A stretch of 46,861 bases of DNA from Cyanobacteriota bacterium (GCA_041165225.1 JBEANW010000534.1:1-46861); one strand, 5' to 3'. Shown: positions 1-9,179, numbered from the stretch's first letter. Notes: generated from the letters alone by a model not told the origin. Numbers and translations are program-made.

Positions 1-121
1 AATTCCCCAATGATTTCATAGGCTAGTCCTATAATAACTACAAAACTACATATATTTATAAATATATATATAAGGCTCTCTTTTTTTTCCTCTCTCCATA
101 AAAAAAAGCCACTCTATGAGT
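1..121. repeat. Terminal direct repeat, left copy (identical to 46741-46861)
   Basis: Exact 121-nt identity between the two window ends. Most likely an assembler overlap of a circular or circularly permuted genome. Confidence 0.95.
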
Positions 122-224
122 GGCGGCGGGAAAGTTGTAGTTTTGTAGTTTTTCGGAGATCTGCCTTTGAGATCATCAGCTTAATGCTGTAGTCGCCTCT
201 GTAGTCGGTCCGTAGTCGTGTAGT
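36..224. repeat. ACTACA/TGTAGT iteron cluster of the putative replication origin (continues at 46665-46736)
   Basis: ACTACA at 37 and 45; TGTAGT at 136, 144, 188, 200 and 219; CGTAGT at 211. Perfect 15-bp inverted repeat 36-50/136-150 and AT palindrome TATATTTATAAATATA at 51-66, directly downstream of the primase-helicase. Confidence 0.7.
100..124 (-). terminator. Intrinsic terminator after the primase-helicase
   Basis: Minus strand reads GCCACTC-ATA-GAGTGGC followed by T8. Confidence 0.75.
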
Positions 225-273
225 TCTTCAATGATATCAACACTTTGTATAAACATTTATCTGATTACTTGCT

Positions 274-2718
274 TCATCCTAGAATCTGGGTCAACGGTAT
301 TCTAATAGCTCTGCTTGAAACTTCATTAAATTTTCTAGGAGTTATAAATTCCGCACCGAAACACCGTTTTAATGTCTGGCTCCAGTTTGTCCACCTGGTC
401 GGTTTAAAAATCTTTGCCAGCTCTGCATGAGAATTAGCTACAACGATACCATCATAGTTCAAAATAATGCCATAGCTTTTTAAGCTCCTGATAAGCCCCT
501 CATCTGACATCCTATTAATTTCCATGATCGTTTTTTCCATGGCATCGCCCATGCTTGTCCTTAGATGAAATCTGTACGTCAGAAGGTATGTTAAACATTC
601 CTCTTCATCTGTTATTTTTGACTCTAATTTTTCATCGTTTAAATCCAATTCGGCTATCATATTCTTTGCTAAATCTGGCGTTATAATTTCGTCATGAGTA
701 AGGCACCAATACCCGGCTAAAATCATCCCTACTTGCTGACCAAACCGCTGGCTTATCGTCGCCGCCAGCTCTTTAGCTATGATCCTCTGACACTCTCTTA
801 CATTGCGTACATTTATTATCATCCTTGAAAACAACCTCTCCCCATATTCTTCCGTTATGTCGCTTAAAATCCGTTGTAAATACTGCCACGATCCGGCGTC
901 TGAATCATGCGGCGCGAGTTCACAAACTGAGAACCTATTTCTATCCGCATCGTTCGTCAAATTAACTCTCACAGACGATACTAAAGCACTGAAAGCGAGC
1001 TGATACTCTACGCTTAAACCACTGTTTGAACCTTTTATAACTGCGCCTTGGGATTCACTCCAAGCCACTCTTAAAAGCTCCACAAGAGCATTTATACGAT
1101 TCTTCGAGTACTCGTCTGTTGTCTCAAATTCATCAAAGATAACCGGCACTGAACTAGATCGAATCCGTTGCCTAATCCCTGCTTCTGTCGAACAACCATG
1201 GATATGAATCTTGCTTGCAGGATTGCCGAGACATGGAGCTATTAGATTCTCCATCACTGTACTCTTGCCGGTCCCACTTCCGCCGGTTAACCAGAAATGT
1301 GGATGAATAGGCAAGGCTCCAGCGATGCGAGCTATAGCGATCCATCCCGCGAGCAAGTAGGGACTCTTTCGGTCTCTCCACGCTAGAGCATCACAGGCAT
1401 TAACGAGAAGCGTAGTTTCTTTAACATTTAATGGTTTTTCATGTATGGTTAGTCGGTTTCTAGTTTGGACATAGATTGAATGACTTTTGAAATCGGCCAG
1501 CGACACTTTTTTATCGTCAACTATAAGATCTCTGCCGGTATTAACGACAACTCGCCCGTGATCATACCAGACCCCACATCCTCTAATCCTTGAACTATCA
1601 AATGGCCCAATCTTCCGTGAAATCTGTATAAGATCATCCGTTGCAGCATTAAAGTCAGCGCCGCTTTTACCGGGATACTTTGCAAACCAATAATCATCAG
1701 GAGCTAAGGCATACAATTGGGGCTTGCTCCATGTCGTTACTTTTACGATATCTTTCGATGGAAGATGAAAGAAGAAATAGGTTCCTTCCTCGTATCCCAA
1801 TGGGAGGAATCCTGTAGCTGGATCTTGGGAGCTCGTGAGCTGACTCTTGACGGCATCAAGGCCCTCAATGATTTCCAGGTCATTAAAGTCCGTTGGTTTC
1901 CCTTCATCGCTGGTAAAGATCGGAAACACAACAGAGGATTGGGTGATCATGCCAGCTTGCTCGGCTTTGTCTCTCCCTGGATTCCCGATCTCATCAGGGT
2001 GAAAACGATCGTCATCACCACAAATTGTGATCACTACATCTGGCCACTTGGTTTTAATCGACTTGGCCACCTGGCCAAGATTATGCGCAGTGAAGGAAAC
2101 CACCACCGTTTTACCCGTGGCCTTGTGAATAGAAACCCCGGTAGCAAATCCCTCGCACAAGTAGATTTCGGAGTCGACTTCTCCGATTGTGTGAAAGCAT
2201 CCATCGACTTTTGCGCCAGAACTAAATCTTTTTTTTCCATCGCCAAAAATATATTGAAGGCCCCACAATTTCCCATCAGAGTCACGCAAAGGCACCTGTA
2301 GCGTATCCTGATAGATTTTGGTCCCATAGCATTTGTCGATCTTCTTGCGAAGCATGTAGGGTGTAGCCCCAGCTTCACCCGCGCTTTTCCATTGTTTTTC
2401 GGCCTTTGCCGCTGCTTCGTGTTGCTTGTGAAGCTTTTCTTGAGCGACTCGGAGCTTTGCTTGCTCGATTTGAGCTTTGCAAGCCTCCAGATCTACCTTG
2501 GACATTCCTGCGGGTTTATGGTCAAACTTTTCGCCAGTTTTCCAGTCGCCATATTGAGCTACAACGTAGACTTTACCGTCTCTAATGCCATGGTTTTGGA
2601 ATCCGATAAACCAAGCATTGTCGTTGCCATTGCGATTAAATCTGTGGATCTTTCCGTCAAGCTGAATTGACGGCAAAGAGAAGCCATTGGACTCTAAAGC
2701 CCTTCTCAATTGTTCCAC
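274..2718 (-). CDS. Bifunctional DNA primase (Toprim, COG4643/TraC-like) and P-loop helicase
   Basis: Toprim motifs CEGFATG, GDDD and DFND; C-terminal Walker A GGSGTGKS and Walker B VIFDEFE; 814 aa. Confidence 0.88.
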   Translation of the reverse strand: MEQLRRALESNGFSLPSIQLDGKIHRFNRNGNDNAWFIGFQNHGIRDGKVYVVAQYGDWKTGEKFDHKPAGMSKVDLEACKAQIEQAKLRVAQEKLHKQHEAAAKAEKQWKSAGEAGATPYMLRKKIDKCYGTKIYQDTLQVPLRDSDGKLWGLQYIFGDGKKRFSSGAKVDGCFHTIGEVDSEIYLCEGFATGVSIHKATGKTVVVSFTAHNLGQVAKSIKTKWPDVVITICGDDDRFHPDEIGNPGRDKAEQAGMITQSSVVFPIFTSDEGKPTDFNDLEIIEGLDAVKSQLTSSQDPATGFLPLGYEEGTYFFFHLPSKDIVKVTTWSKPQLYALAPDDYWFAKYPGKSGADFNAATDDLIQISRKIGPFDSSRIRGCGVWYDHGRVVVNTGRDLIVDDKKVSLADFKSHSIYVQTRNRLTIHEKPLNVKETTLLVNACDALAWRDRKSPYLLAGWIAIARIAGALPIHPHFWLTGGSGTGKSTVMENLIAPCLGNPASKIHIHGCSTEAGIRQRIRSSSVPVIFDEFETTDEYSKNRINALVELLRVAWSESQGAVIKGSNSGLSVEYQLAFSALVSSVRVNLTNDADRNRFSVCELAPHDSDAGSWQYLQRILSDITEEYGERLFSRMIINVRNVRECQRIIAKELAATISQRFGQQVGMILAGYWCLTHDEIITPDLAKNMIAELDLNDEKLESKITDEEECLTYLLTYRFHLRTSMGDAMEKTIMEINRMSDEGLIRSLKSYGIILNYDGIVVANSHAELAKIFKPTRWTNWSQTLKRCFGAEFITPRKFNEVSSRAIRIPLTQILG

Positions 2719-2729
2719 TTTTAATACCC

Positions 2730-3065
2730 TTATTTTAAATGACGATTGTGTTCTAGCGAGAGTAAAGCATCAGCAACAGATCGAGCAACAAAATAGATTC
2801 CACCCTTGCTTAAAATCATCTGCTCAAAGCATTTTTGTTGCTCAGATTGCACCGCTTTTCCTGTCTTAACTTCCACTTCTAATCTGCGCCCATCGATCAT
2901 CAAACCAGTTATATCTGCACACCCGATTAAACCATATCGAATCAGCTTCTCTTCGCGATACGCCGCGCCCGTTGGCTGACTCCAGACCCTGCAAATTTTG
3001 GTGTTATTTAACGCCAAAATTATCTGGTTCTGTAGCGTGTCGTGGTTCAAACTTCGATTTGACAT
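2730..3065 (-). CDS. VRR-NUC family nuclease (Holliday-junction resolvase-like)
   Basis: PD-(D/E)xK pattern G-ADI...EVEVK...SEQQ..F...GG.YFVARS. Start reassigned to MSNRSL (3065). Confidence 0.85.
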   Translation of the reverse strand: MSNRSLNHDTLQNQIILALNNTKICRVWSQPTGAAYREEKLIRYGLIGCADITGLMIDGRRLEVEVKTGKAVQSEQQKCFEQMILSKGGIYFVARSVADALLSLEHNRHLK

Positions 3066-4452
3066 ACAACCATTCTTGCTTCGCGACTTTTGGCCCGTAT
3101 CGTCCTTCAATTTGATGAAAGACCCACCCGGGTTTATATCTTCTGCTTATTGCTCTCGAAATCAATTTATCTATATCTGTTTTTACCTTGTTCACATTAA
3201 ATTGATCAATGCTTTTTATTTCTTCAAGTTCAATTGACTTGTCCACAGACTTTGCTAATTCTCTATTTTGTTTTTCGATTTCTTTTCCACATTCTGGGCA
3301 AGAATCTAATTTTTGAAACGTGAAATAACAAAATCGACAAGTCAGAAAGCTATCAGAAGTTTGCTGTTTTGAAGTCTTCCCATGTCCCTCTAGGATGCAC
3401 TCTTTATCATCTTCGACAAAGCCATGTCTAAGCACGTTGCCGACATGATCCAAAACCAAGAAATTTTCTTTTCCTGGGTAGGGTCTTGTGGCGCGTCCGA
3501 GCTGCTGAATGTGAAGGTTGTAACTTAGTGTTGGCCTCGCAATAATCACGGTTCTCAAGCATGGAATATCTACGCCGGTACAGAAGATTCCAACATTCAC
3601 AACCACTTTTATAGCGCCATTCTCAAGGCACTTCTTGGCCCAATCTCGCTCGCCAGAAGTCGAATTGGCATCGACGTGCAGCGCCGCGACTCCCTTATCA
3701 GCAAACTCATTCATGATCGCTTGGCTGTGTTTTATATTAATCGCAAAAACAATGGTTGGTAAATTGTAAGAGTGTTTTTTCCAGGTAGCAAAAAGATCGC
3801 CACAAATGTCGGCTCGATCAACTTCCTTCCACAATTGGTGGCTGTTAAAGTCTCCGGTTTTCTTATCGACATCGACATTTTTCAAATTGATTTTGCTTGG
3901 TATAGAATAATATTTCCCACCGACAAGGTAACCGTCTTTGATGAGATCTTTAATCCCAATTGGGAAAACCACGGCGTCAGCGATATGCTTGAGACCATGC
4001 TTGACGAAAGGAGTGGCAGAAACGGGAAGAAAGTAAGAATCAGGATAGCTTTCGACAACGGTTTTAAAGCTTTCGGAGACTGCTAAATGCGCTTCGTCAA
4101 TTACGATTAAATCAGCGTGAGGTCTCAAGCCCCTCGATCTTAAGGTGTCGATAGAGCAAATCTGGATGTTTTCATGAGGTCGATTGTTCCAATGGCCGGA
4201 CATGATAACGCCGTGGTCGATACCCTCATCAAATAACCGTTTTGAAGCTTGCTCTACAAGCTCCTTGCCGCGCACGATCATCATTGCTTTCTTGCCCTTT
4301 TCCTTCACGCCCTGCATGATCCTTGTGAAGCAAAGGGTCTTACCGGCCCCGGTAGCTAGATAGAGCAATACCTTTTTAGTTCCACCTGCATAATGGTTTC
4401 TGATTTCTTCTAAAGCTTTTTCCTGATAAGGACGTAAAACTTTCTTAATCAT
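3004..4452 (-). CDS. Superfamily 2 (DEAH/SSL2-like) helicase with C-terminal Zn ribbon
   Basis: LRPYQ, ATGAGKT, IDEAH, SATP, GVDIP and QQLGRATR motifs; CRFC...CPEC. Start moved to MIKK, overlapping the stop of the upstream small ORF. Confidence 0.92.
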   Translation of the reverse strand: MIKKVLRPYQEKALEEIRNHYAGGTKKVLLYLATGAGKTLCFTRIMQGVKEKGKKAMMIVRGKELVEQASKRLFDEGIDHGVIMSGHWNNRPHENIQICSIDTLRSRGLRPHADLIVIDEAHLAVSESFKTVVESYPDSYFLPVSATPFVKHGLKHIADAVVFPIGIKDLIKDGYLVGGKYYSIPSKINLKNVDVDKKTGDFNSHQLWKEVDRADICGDLFATWKKHSYNLPTIVFAINIKHSQAIMNEFADKGVAALHVDANSTSGERDWAKKCLENGAIKVVVNVGIFCTGVDIPCLRTVIIARPTLSYNLHIQQLGRATRPYPGKENFLVLDHVGNVLRHGFVEDDKECILEGHGKTSKQQTSDSFLTCRFCYFTFQKLDSCPECGKEIEKQNRELAKSVDKSIELEEIKSIDQFNVNKVKTDIDKLISRAISRRYKPGWVFHQIEGRYGPKVAKQEWLYVKSKFEPRHATEPDNFGVK

Positions 4453-4591
4453 CGTCATAGACAAATTCTCCCGAATGACAGTTGATAAATCCGTGGATTT
4501 CACCATCCCAATAGACTGTTATTTTTTTTGTATTTATATCGGCGTCGAGTGGCAGGTCTGATAATAGCTCTATTAAATCTTGTACTTTCAC
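4445..4591 (-). CDS. Small phage protein, 48 aa (MKVQDLIELLSDLPLDADI...), not in the ORF track
   Basis: GTG start with AAAGGAG RBS; stop overlaps the helicase start; N-terminus matches the common phage 'MxVxELIExL..LP.DA.V' pattern. Confidence 0.7.
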   Translation of the reverse strand: MKVQDLIELLSDLPLDADINTKKITVYWDGEIHGFINCHSGEFVYDDD

Positions 4592-4603
4592 AATAAACTC
4601 CTT

Positions 4604-4639
4604 TAAAACCGTGTTAAATATAAATCTAACACGGTTTTA
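4604..4639 (-). terminator. 13-bp perfect hairpin after the SSB-like gene (terminator/attenuator)
   Basis: TAAAACCGTGTTA-N10-TAACACGGTTTTA, immediately before the AAAGGAG RBS of the next gene. Confidence 0.55.
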
Positions 4640-4653
4640 TCAGGAATTAAAAA

Positions 4654-5154
4654 CTAGAACGGAATTTCTGGGCTTGGCTTGAATGATTCTGGTTTTTTCT
4701 GTGGAGGCCTTGCCGCCGAGATCCCATGAGGTTGCAATGCCATAAGCTCCGCTTCGAGTCCCATGCCATCGATGCGCTGAATGACTTCAGCTCTTGATAG
4801 CAAGTTGCTTAAGCCATTCTCTCCGATCCAAGATATCTTGGGATAAGTCTTTCCTTCCTGGTCTTTTTCAAGGATGACGCCGACATAATAATCTTTCGAT
4901 ATATCGATAGCATTTCCTTTGGGACCATCGGCGAAAATACTTAGATCGGTTCCACGAAATCCAAGTCCAATGATCGCTTTTAGCGTGATATCCTTGGCTC
5001 CACCGTTGAGACTTCCGGCCCAATAAAGATTGTGCGAAACGGCCTCTTCATCCAAGACATCCATCTGAATTATAAGCCTAATGCCGTTGTCTTTCTTCTG
5101 GCCTCTGATTCCATAATTAACAATCTTTCCGTAATATTTTCCTGGCGCGATCAT
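4654..5154 (-). CDS. Single-stranded DNA-binding-like protein (DUF669-type)
   Basis: N-terminal PGKY motif, C-terminal tail ending EIPF, located downstream of the Sak4-like ATPase. Confidence 0.65.
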   Translation of the reverse strand: MIAPGKYYGKIVNYGIRGQKKDNGIRLIIQMDVLDEEAVSHNLYWAGSLNGGAKDITLKAIIGLGFRGTDLSIFADGPKGNAIDISKDYYVGVILEKDQEGKTYPKISWIGENGLSNLLSRAEVIQRIDGMGLEAELMALQPHGISAARPPQKKPESFKPSPEIPF

Positions 5155-5333
5155 TCTTTTGTCTCCGCTGTAATTGTTGATATGAGAGCATAAATGTTAG
5201 CTAGGTGTTCGAACACTACTTTTTCAAAAATATCAGTTCTATTCTTTTCTACATATTTTCTTTTGGCAAAATTAGCTGATATGTCTTTGTAAAAAGTGTC
5301 ATAAATCTTTTCATATGAAGAAGGATCAGACAT
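5151..5333 (-). CDS. Hypothetical protein
   Basis: 60 aa; overlaps both neighbours, consistent with translational coupling. Confidence 0.6.
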   Translation of the reverse strand: MSDPSSYEKIYDTFYKDISANFAKRKYVEKNRTDIFEKVVFEHLANIYALISTITAETKE

Positions 5334-6228
5334 TGATATTTAACCTTATTTTTAGCCTGTTTTCGATCTTAATAAGCTGATCTACATTGTTATTAGCCTT
5401 GGCTATTGTCTGCGTTACCAGTTCTCTTAGCCCTTCTTCAGTTTCATTGACTTGAAGCATGTCGTAGATCCTATCTATAATGACTTCTGGCTTTTCGACA
5501 TCGGGGACATTCGCTGCCGAGGCATAATCTTCCCACCCAAGATTTAAAAGCAATGGTAGGCCCATTCGGTTTTTGGCGTCCCAACCTGGCCTTCTCTCGG
5601 TGTACATGACCCTAACGCCATCGCCTACTACGTTACTCCCATCCTTTTTAGTAAAGATCTGGAAATTGGCAAACAATACAGCGTCAACCCACTCCCTAAA
5701 GATTGGTGAAGATTTTTTGTAAAGCTTCAGCTCGTAACGATCATATGGACTAGCTGTCAAAGGATCGTTAAAAGTTACAACCGTACTATGTGCTATCAAA
5801 ATGATATTCATTTTGCGTTCATTGCGTAGCTTGTCCACCGCACCGATGAAAGCCTTCCATCGCTCTACAAGCTCAACGTAGCCTTTTCCATACCCCCCCG
5901 CTGCTAGCTCTATAGACTTCACGCCGTAGTCTTTGCAAATCTGTTGATAAAGCAATGGCTCTAACCAGTCTAAGCTATCTACTGCAAGGGTCTTGTAGTC
6001 GTGTGGATCTTTCCTAAGTTCTTCCAGATCGGCAAGCACATCATTAAATGTATCAGGCACTGGGAGCCGAGATACATCTAGATGATTGGTGCCGCTCTCA
6101 GGACCTAGAAAAATTGTATCTGGAGCGTTGGCGGCAAAGGTGCTTTTCCCTACGCCATCAGGCCCATAGATAAGCACTAAATGTGGTTTTGGTATCTTGC
6201 CTTTAGTTACTTGCGCTAGTCGACTCAT
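5326..6228 (-). CDS. AAA_24 / Sak4-like ssDNA-annealing ATPase
   Basis: YGPDGVGKST Walker A, AVDSLDWLE, GGYGKGY, IAHS, EWVDAVLFA and AKNR motifs. Confidence 0.88.
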   Translation of the reverse strand: MSRLAQVTKGKIPKPHLVLIYGPDGVGKSTFAANAPDTIFLGPESGTNHLDVSRLPVPDTFNDVLADLEELRKDPHDYKTLAVDSLDWLEPLLYQQICKDYGVKSIELAAGGYGKGYVELVERWKAFIGAVDKLRNERKMNIILIAHSTVVTFNDPLTASPYDRYELKLYKKSSPIFREWVDAVLFANFQIFTKKDGSNVVGDGVRVMYTERRPGWDAKNRMGLPLLLNLGWEDYASAANVPDVEKPEVIIDRIYDMLQVNETEEGLRELVTQTIAKANNNVDQLIKIENRLKIRLNINV

Positions 6229-6395
6229 TTTGTACCCTTTAAAATTGCTTTAACCCGGTTAATCTGAAAAGAAGGTATGCTTTTCCTGCGAATCCATTGC
6301 CTGATCGTTTCGCTGGATTTGTAACCCAAAAGCGTAGCCATCTCGCTAGGACCATGCTCTTTGATCCAAGCATCTAGTTGCTTAATAATATCCAT
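6225..6395 (-). CDS. Cro-like helix-turn-helix protein, 56 aa, not in the ORF track
   Basis: MDIIKQLDAWIKEHGPSEMATLLGYKSSETIRQWIRRKSIP...; GGAG RBS; ATGA overlap with the Sak4 start; HTH pattern A..LG......I.QW....IP. Confidence 0.75.
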   Translation of the reverse strand: MDIIKQLDAWIKEHGPSEMATLLGYKSSETIRQWIRRKSIPSFQINRVKAILKGTK

Positions 6396-6493
6396 TTTTT
6401 TATCTCCAAAAATTGTTCTGCAATTGTTGTGACATTGTACAAAATCTTTGGCAAGATATTTTTATCAAAAAAGATTATTTTTTAAGGATGGTT
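6396..6493. promoter_or_regulatory. Divergent control region with putative operators
   Basis: Lies between divergent genes. AATTGTT/AATTGTT/CATTGTA at 6411, 6422 and 6433 (11-bp period), plus a short dyad ATCTT-TGGC-AAGAT. Confidence 0.45.
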
Positions 6494-6727
6494 ATGTTGA
6501 AAAAATTATTTAGATTTTTAACAAAAAAAGTTTTAGCTGAAAATATTAGGATCTGCCCATTTTGTTCTGGAGACGTTTTGGCCGTTCGCCAATCCCGAGA
6601 AGGATTTTATTTAACTTGTGAAAATTGTTTTGCAAGATCGAGAGAAGCAGCTACTATCAGCCTTGCAATCAACCAATGGAACATAGTTGTATATGAACAA
6701 AAACGAATGGCATCAGTGGAGAGCTAA
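6494..6727 (+). CDS. Lar-family restriction-alleviation-like Zn-ribbon protein
   Basis: CPFC...CENC...AI.QWN pattern; AAGGA RBS before ATG 6494. Confidence 0.7.
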   Translation: MLKKLFRFLTKKVLAENIRICPFCSGDVLAVRQSREGFYLTCENCFARSREAATISLAINQWNIVVYEQKRMASVES

Positions 6728-7283
6728 GGGACTTGGTGCATCAGATGCACCGATCATCTTAGGCCTCAGCCCATGGAAAGATCGAATCACTTTATACAAA
6801 GAAAAAATTGGTGAAATAAAAAAAGATTATACAAGCAATTGGGCAATCGATCGGGGTAATAGACTGGAGCCGATCGCTAGAGCTCATTATGAATTGATGG
6901 TTCTCTACGATTGCCCTCCTCAAATGGTAGAACATGGTGAATTTCCCTGGCTGAGAGCTTCCCTCGACGGATACAACCCCGTCGAGAGTGTCGTACTAGA
7001 AATCAAATGCCCTGGCAAAGCTGACCATCAAAAAGCGATAGACTATAAAGTACCAAAAAAATACTATGCTCAATTGCAACACCAGCTCCTAGTTACTAGA
7101 GCCAAGCGTTGTGATTATTTTTCTTTCGATGGTTCTACTGGCGTCATCGTCGAAGTCTTTCCCGATCCTGCTTTTATGCTTCGGTTATTTTGCGAGTTAA
7201 GAGATTTCTGGGAATGTATCGAAAACAGAAAAGAGCCATCAAAAACAATTAATGAATTAGTTTTACCAGGAATTGTTGAATGA
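6693..7283 (+). CDS. YqaJ-like viral recombinase / lambda-exonuclease family nuclease
   Basis: W...R..GLGASD, G..LEP, ASLDG, EIKCP and YYAQLQHQL motifs. Confidence 0.92.
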   Translation: MNKNEWHQWRAKGLGASDAPIILGLSPWKDRITLYKEKIGEIKKDYTSNWAIDRGNRLEPIARAHYELMVLYDCPPQMVEHGEFPWLRASLDGYNPVESVVLEIKCPGKADHQKAIDYKVPKKYYAQLQHQLLVTRAKRCDYFSFDGSTGVIVEVFPDPAFMLRLFCELRDFWECIENRKEPSKTINELVLPGIVE

Positions 7284-7522
7284 GAATCAGATACACGTGT
7301 AGAAATCAGCAAGAATTTAAGATTTATAAAGTAGAAAAGGGAAAGGAAGACGAAGATCTAGGGACGTGGTTCGGGAAATTTGAGCAAGTCATGGCTGAAC
7401 TCCATGACGCATATGCGCCGGAGTTCATCGATTTTACCGCCAAGAATGTAATTTATCGAAGCGTCTTTAATCATTCTTCGAAAAAATTATCCAAAAAAAT
7501 AAGAAGATTATGCAAGAAATAG
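7280..7522 (+). CDS. Hypothetical protein
   Basis: ATGA overlap with the YqaJ stop; 80 aa. Confidence 0.65.
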   Translation: MRIRYTCRNQQEFKIYKVEKGKEDEDLGTWFGKFEQVMAELHDAYAPEFIDFTAKNVIYRSVFNHSSKKLSKKIRRLCKK

Positions 7523-7566
7523 AGACAACCTGGCAGAGAGCCACAAGAAATAGGACCAGGTTGTCT
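7523..7566. terminator. Inverted repeat between convergent operons
   Basis: AGACAACCTGG-N22-CCAGGTTGTCT (11-bp perfect arms). Confidence 0.5.
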
Positions 7567-7594
7567 ACAAATATTACAAAATCTTGGTTATTTT

Positions 7595-8443
7595 TCATGG
7601 TTTTTTAGCCTGTAAAACTGCAAAAGCTGCAATCTCCCCAATTCGGTTGCATCGATTACCAAACCGATCTTTATAGGCAATGAAGAGATATCCACCTGCT
7701 CCCCATTGTGTACCCCATGAGTTTCTAACTACCCAGTAGCCACCGTCATCATTCCAGCCCTCGATTACAACCATGTGATCAACTCTAGCTTGCGTACAAT
7801 TGCGGAAGATGCCACCCCGATAGTTACCGAAAGATCCGTTGACCACGGCTGCAACAGGCCCATATTTCAGAATCGCAGCTTTTAATTCGGTTTCTGAAGG
7901 GGCTTGCCCTGGAGTTCCGATATATGACCAGCTAAATAATTTTGCTACTGGTTTAGGATATGGACAGGCTAAGTCGGCTCCTGCATATGGGAAGGAAGCT
8001 TCATTCGTTACGCCCTTAGCTACGATATAGTTAAAAGCATTGAAGAATCCCCCGCGACAAGATCCAGATCCCGAACAGCTCAAGACATCCTGCTCACTCA
8101 AATCTTCTCTATTTTGGTTCGTTAAATGAGTCAGAGACTCAACGACTGAAGTTGTGGCAAAGGCCCAGCATGATCCACATCGGCCCTGGTTTCTAATCGG
8201 GTGAGTCGATGCCCAAACAAAATTCCTAGGCAAAGCCAAGGATTCTTGATCCTCTTTAGCCATCGAAGTCCACTCAGCTAACTTAGGCCAATTTTCGGGA
8301 AGCTCTAAGCCCCTGCCGTTGTCATCGTCAGCCTGTTCATCTTCGGAGCTCCAGCCCCCATCATGTCCTAATGGGTCTGGAGTTTCTTGAGCCTTTGCAA
8401 TGCTTGACATTTGCAACAAAAAAAAGAGGATAAAAAGCTTCAT
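7595..8443 (-). CDS. Secreted papain-family (C1A) cysteine protease
   Basis: Signal peptide MKLFILFFLLQMSSIAKA, acidic propeptide, NQGRCGSCWAF (catalytic Gln/Cys), LSEQ, CRGG, DHMV (His), RNSWG.WG..GY (Asn). Confidence 0.93.
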   Translation of the reverse strand: MKLFILFFLLQMSSIAKAQETPDPLGHDGGWSSEDEQADDDNGRGLELPENWPKLAEWTSMAKEDQESLALPRNFVWASTHPIRNQGRCGSCWAFATTSVVESLTHLTNQNREDLSEQDVLSCSGSGSCRGGFFNAFNYIVAKGVTNEASFPYAGADLACPYPKPVAKLFSWSYIGTPGQAPSETELKAAILKYGPVAAVVNGSFGNYRGGIFRNCTQARVDHMVVIEGWNDDGGYWVVRNSWGTQWGAGGYLFIAYKDRFGNRCNRIGEIAAFAVLQAKKP

Positions 8444-8464
8444 AAGACAAACTCCATTATGGTT

Positions 8465-9004
8465 TTACTTACTAGCAATTATACTTTGTTTTGAAGCTTT
8501 TACCACCCTAGCTATATGCTTTGACACATGACCATTTTTAGCAATGTCCTTATAAGGATCTTTACCATTTTTTAAAAATAGATAAGCCCCTCTTTCTCCT
8601 TGCCTGTGGTAGATAGCCAGAAGCTCTAAATCGCTCATATTTTCGGCTAATTTTCTGGTTCTTACATCTTCGATAAATGGTTCAACCATGTTTTTAAAAT
8701 AGATATCAAACATTTTATCCTGGTGAATTTCCATCTTCTTTTTTACTGAGGTAGTAGCCGTACATTTTGGAACTACAGAAGCCCAAGTTTTCCCGTACTT
8801 CTTTTGAAAATAGGGGTTCCAAGCCTTCATGAATTGATACTTGCCGCTAGCACTCGTATAAGGGTTTTGAGCACATACATTGCCGCCGCTTTCAACCTTG
8901 GCAATAGCCTTCCTAGCAATAACATACTCATCATTGCTAAATGAGAAAGCCATGCTCGGAAAGGCAAAGAATATGATGAAAAATAAAAACATAAAGTCAA
9001 ACAT
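8465..9004 (-). CDS. Exported lysozyme-like / lytic transglycosylase-like muralytic enzyme
   Basis: Hydrophobic signal sequence, catalytic VESGG, SASGKYQF, AIYH..G. Confidence 0.75.
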   Translation of the reverse strand: MFDFMFLFFIIFFAFPSMAFSFSNDEYVIARKAIAKVESGGNVCAQNPYTSASGKYQFMKAWNPYFQKKYGKTWASVVPKCTATTSVKKKMEIHQDKMFDIYFKNMVEPFIEDVRTRKLAENMSDLELLAIYHRQGERGAYLFLKNGKDPYKDIAKNGHVSKHIARVVKASKQSIIASK

Positions 9005-9017
9005 ACCACCCCCTTAA

Positions 9018-9179
9018 TTAAGGTTCAACAAAGATATAAACCCACGTCTTTTTCGACCAATAAACCAAAGTATATTGGTAATGCGTTGTTACAATTTTGT
9101 TAGTTATAGGATGCGGCAGTTTGAGACCGTATTTTCTTCCTTTAGCAATGGTTGAAGGGTGAAAGAACTTTTCAACCAT
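9018..9179 (-). CDS. Small basic hypothetical protein
   Basis: GAGGA RBS before MVEKFF; 53 aa; lies inside the lysis cassette. Confidence 0.5.
   Translation of the reverse strand: MVEKFFHPSTIAKGRKYGLKLPHPITNKIVTTHYQYTLVYWSKKTWVYIFVEP

Noticed and set aside
108-124. Shared CTCATAGA core between this hairpin and the terminator at 45571-45596
   Set aside because: Only 8 nt, and in opposite orientation relative to transcription; likely chance.
136-224. TGTAGT repeats as a mini-CRISPR array
   Set aside because: Repeats are 6-9 nt with 2-40 nt irregular gaps and occur in both orientations; no cas genes.
1717-2301. 194-aa plus-strand ORF
   Set aside because: Fully antisense to the conserved Toprim domain; no recognisable features.
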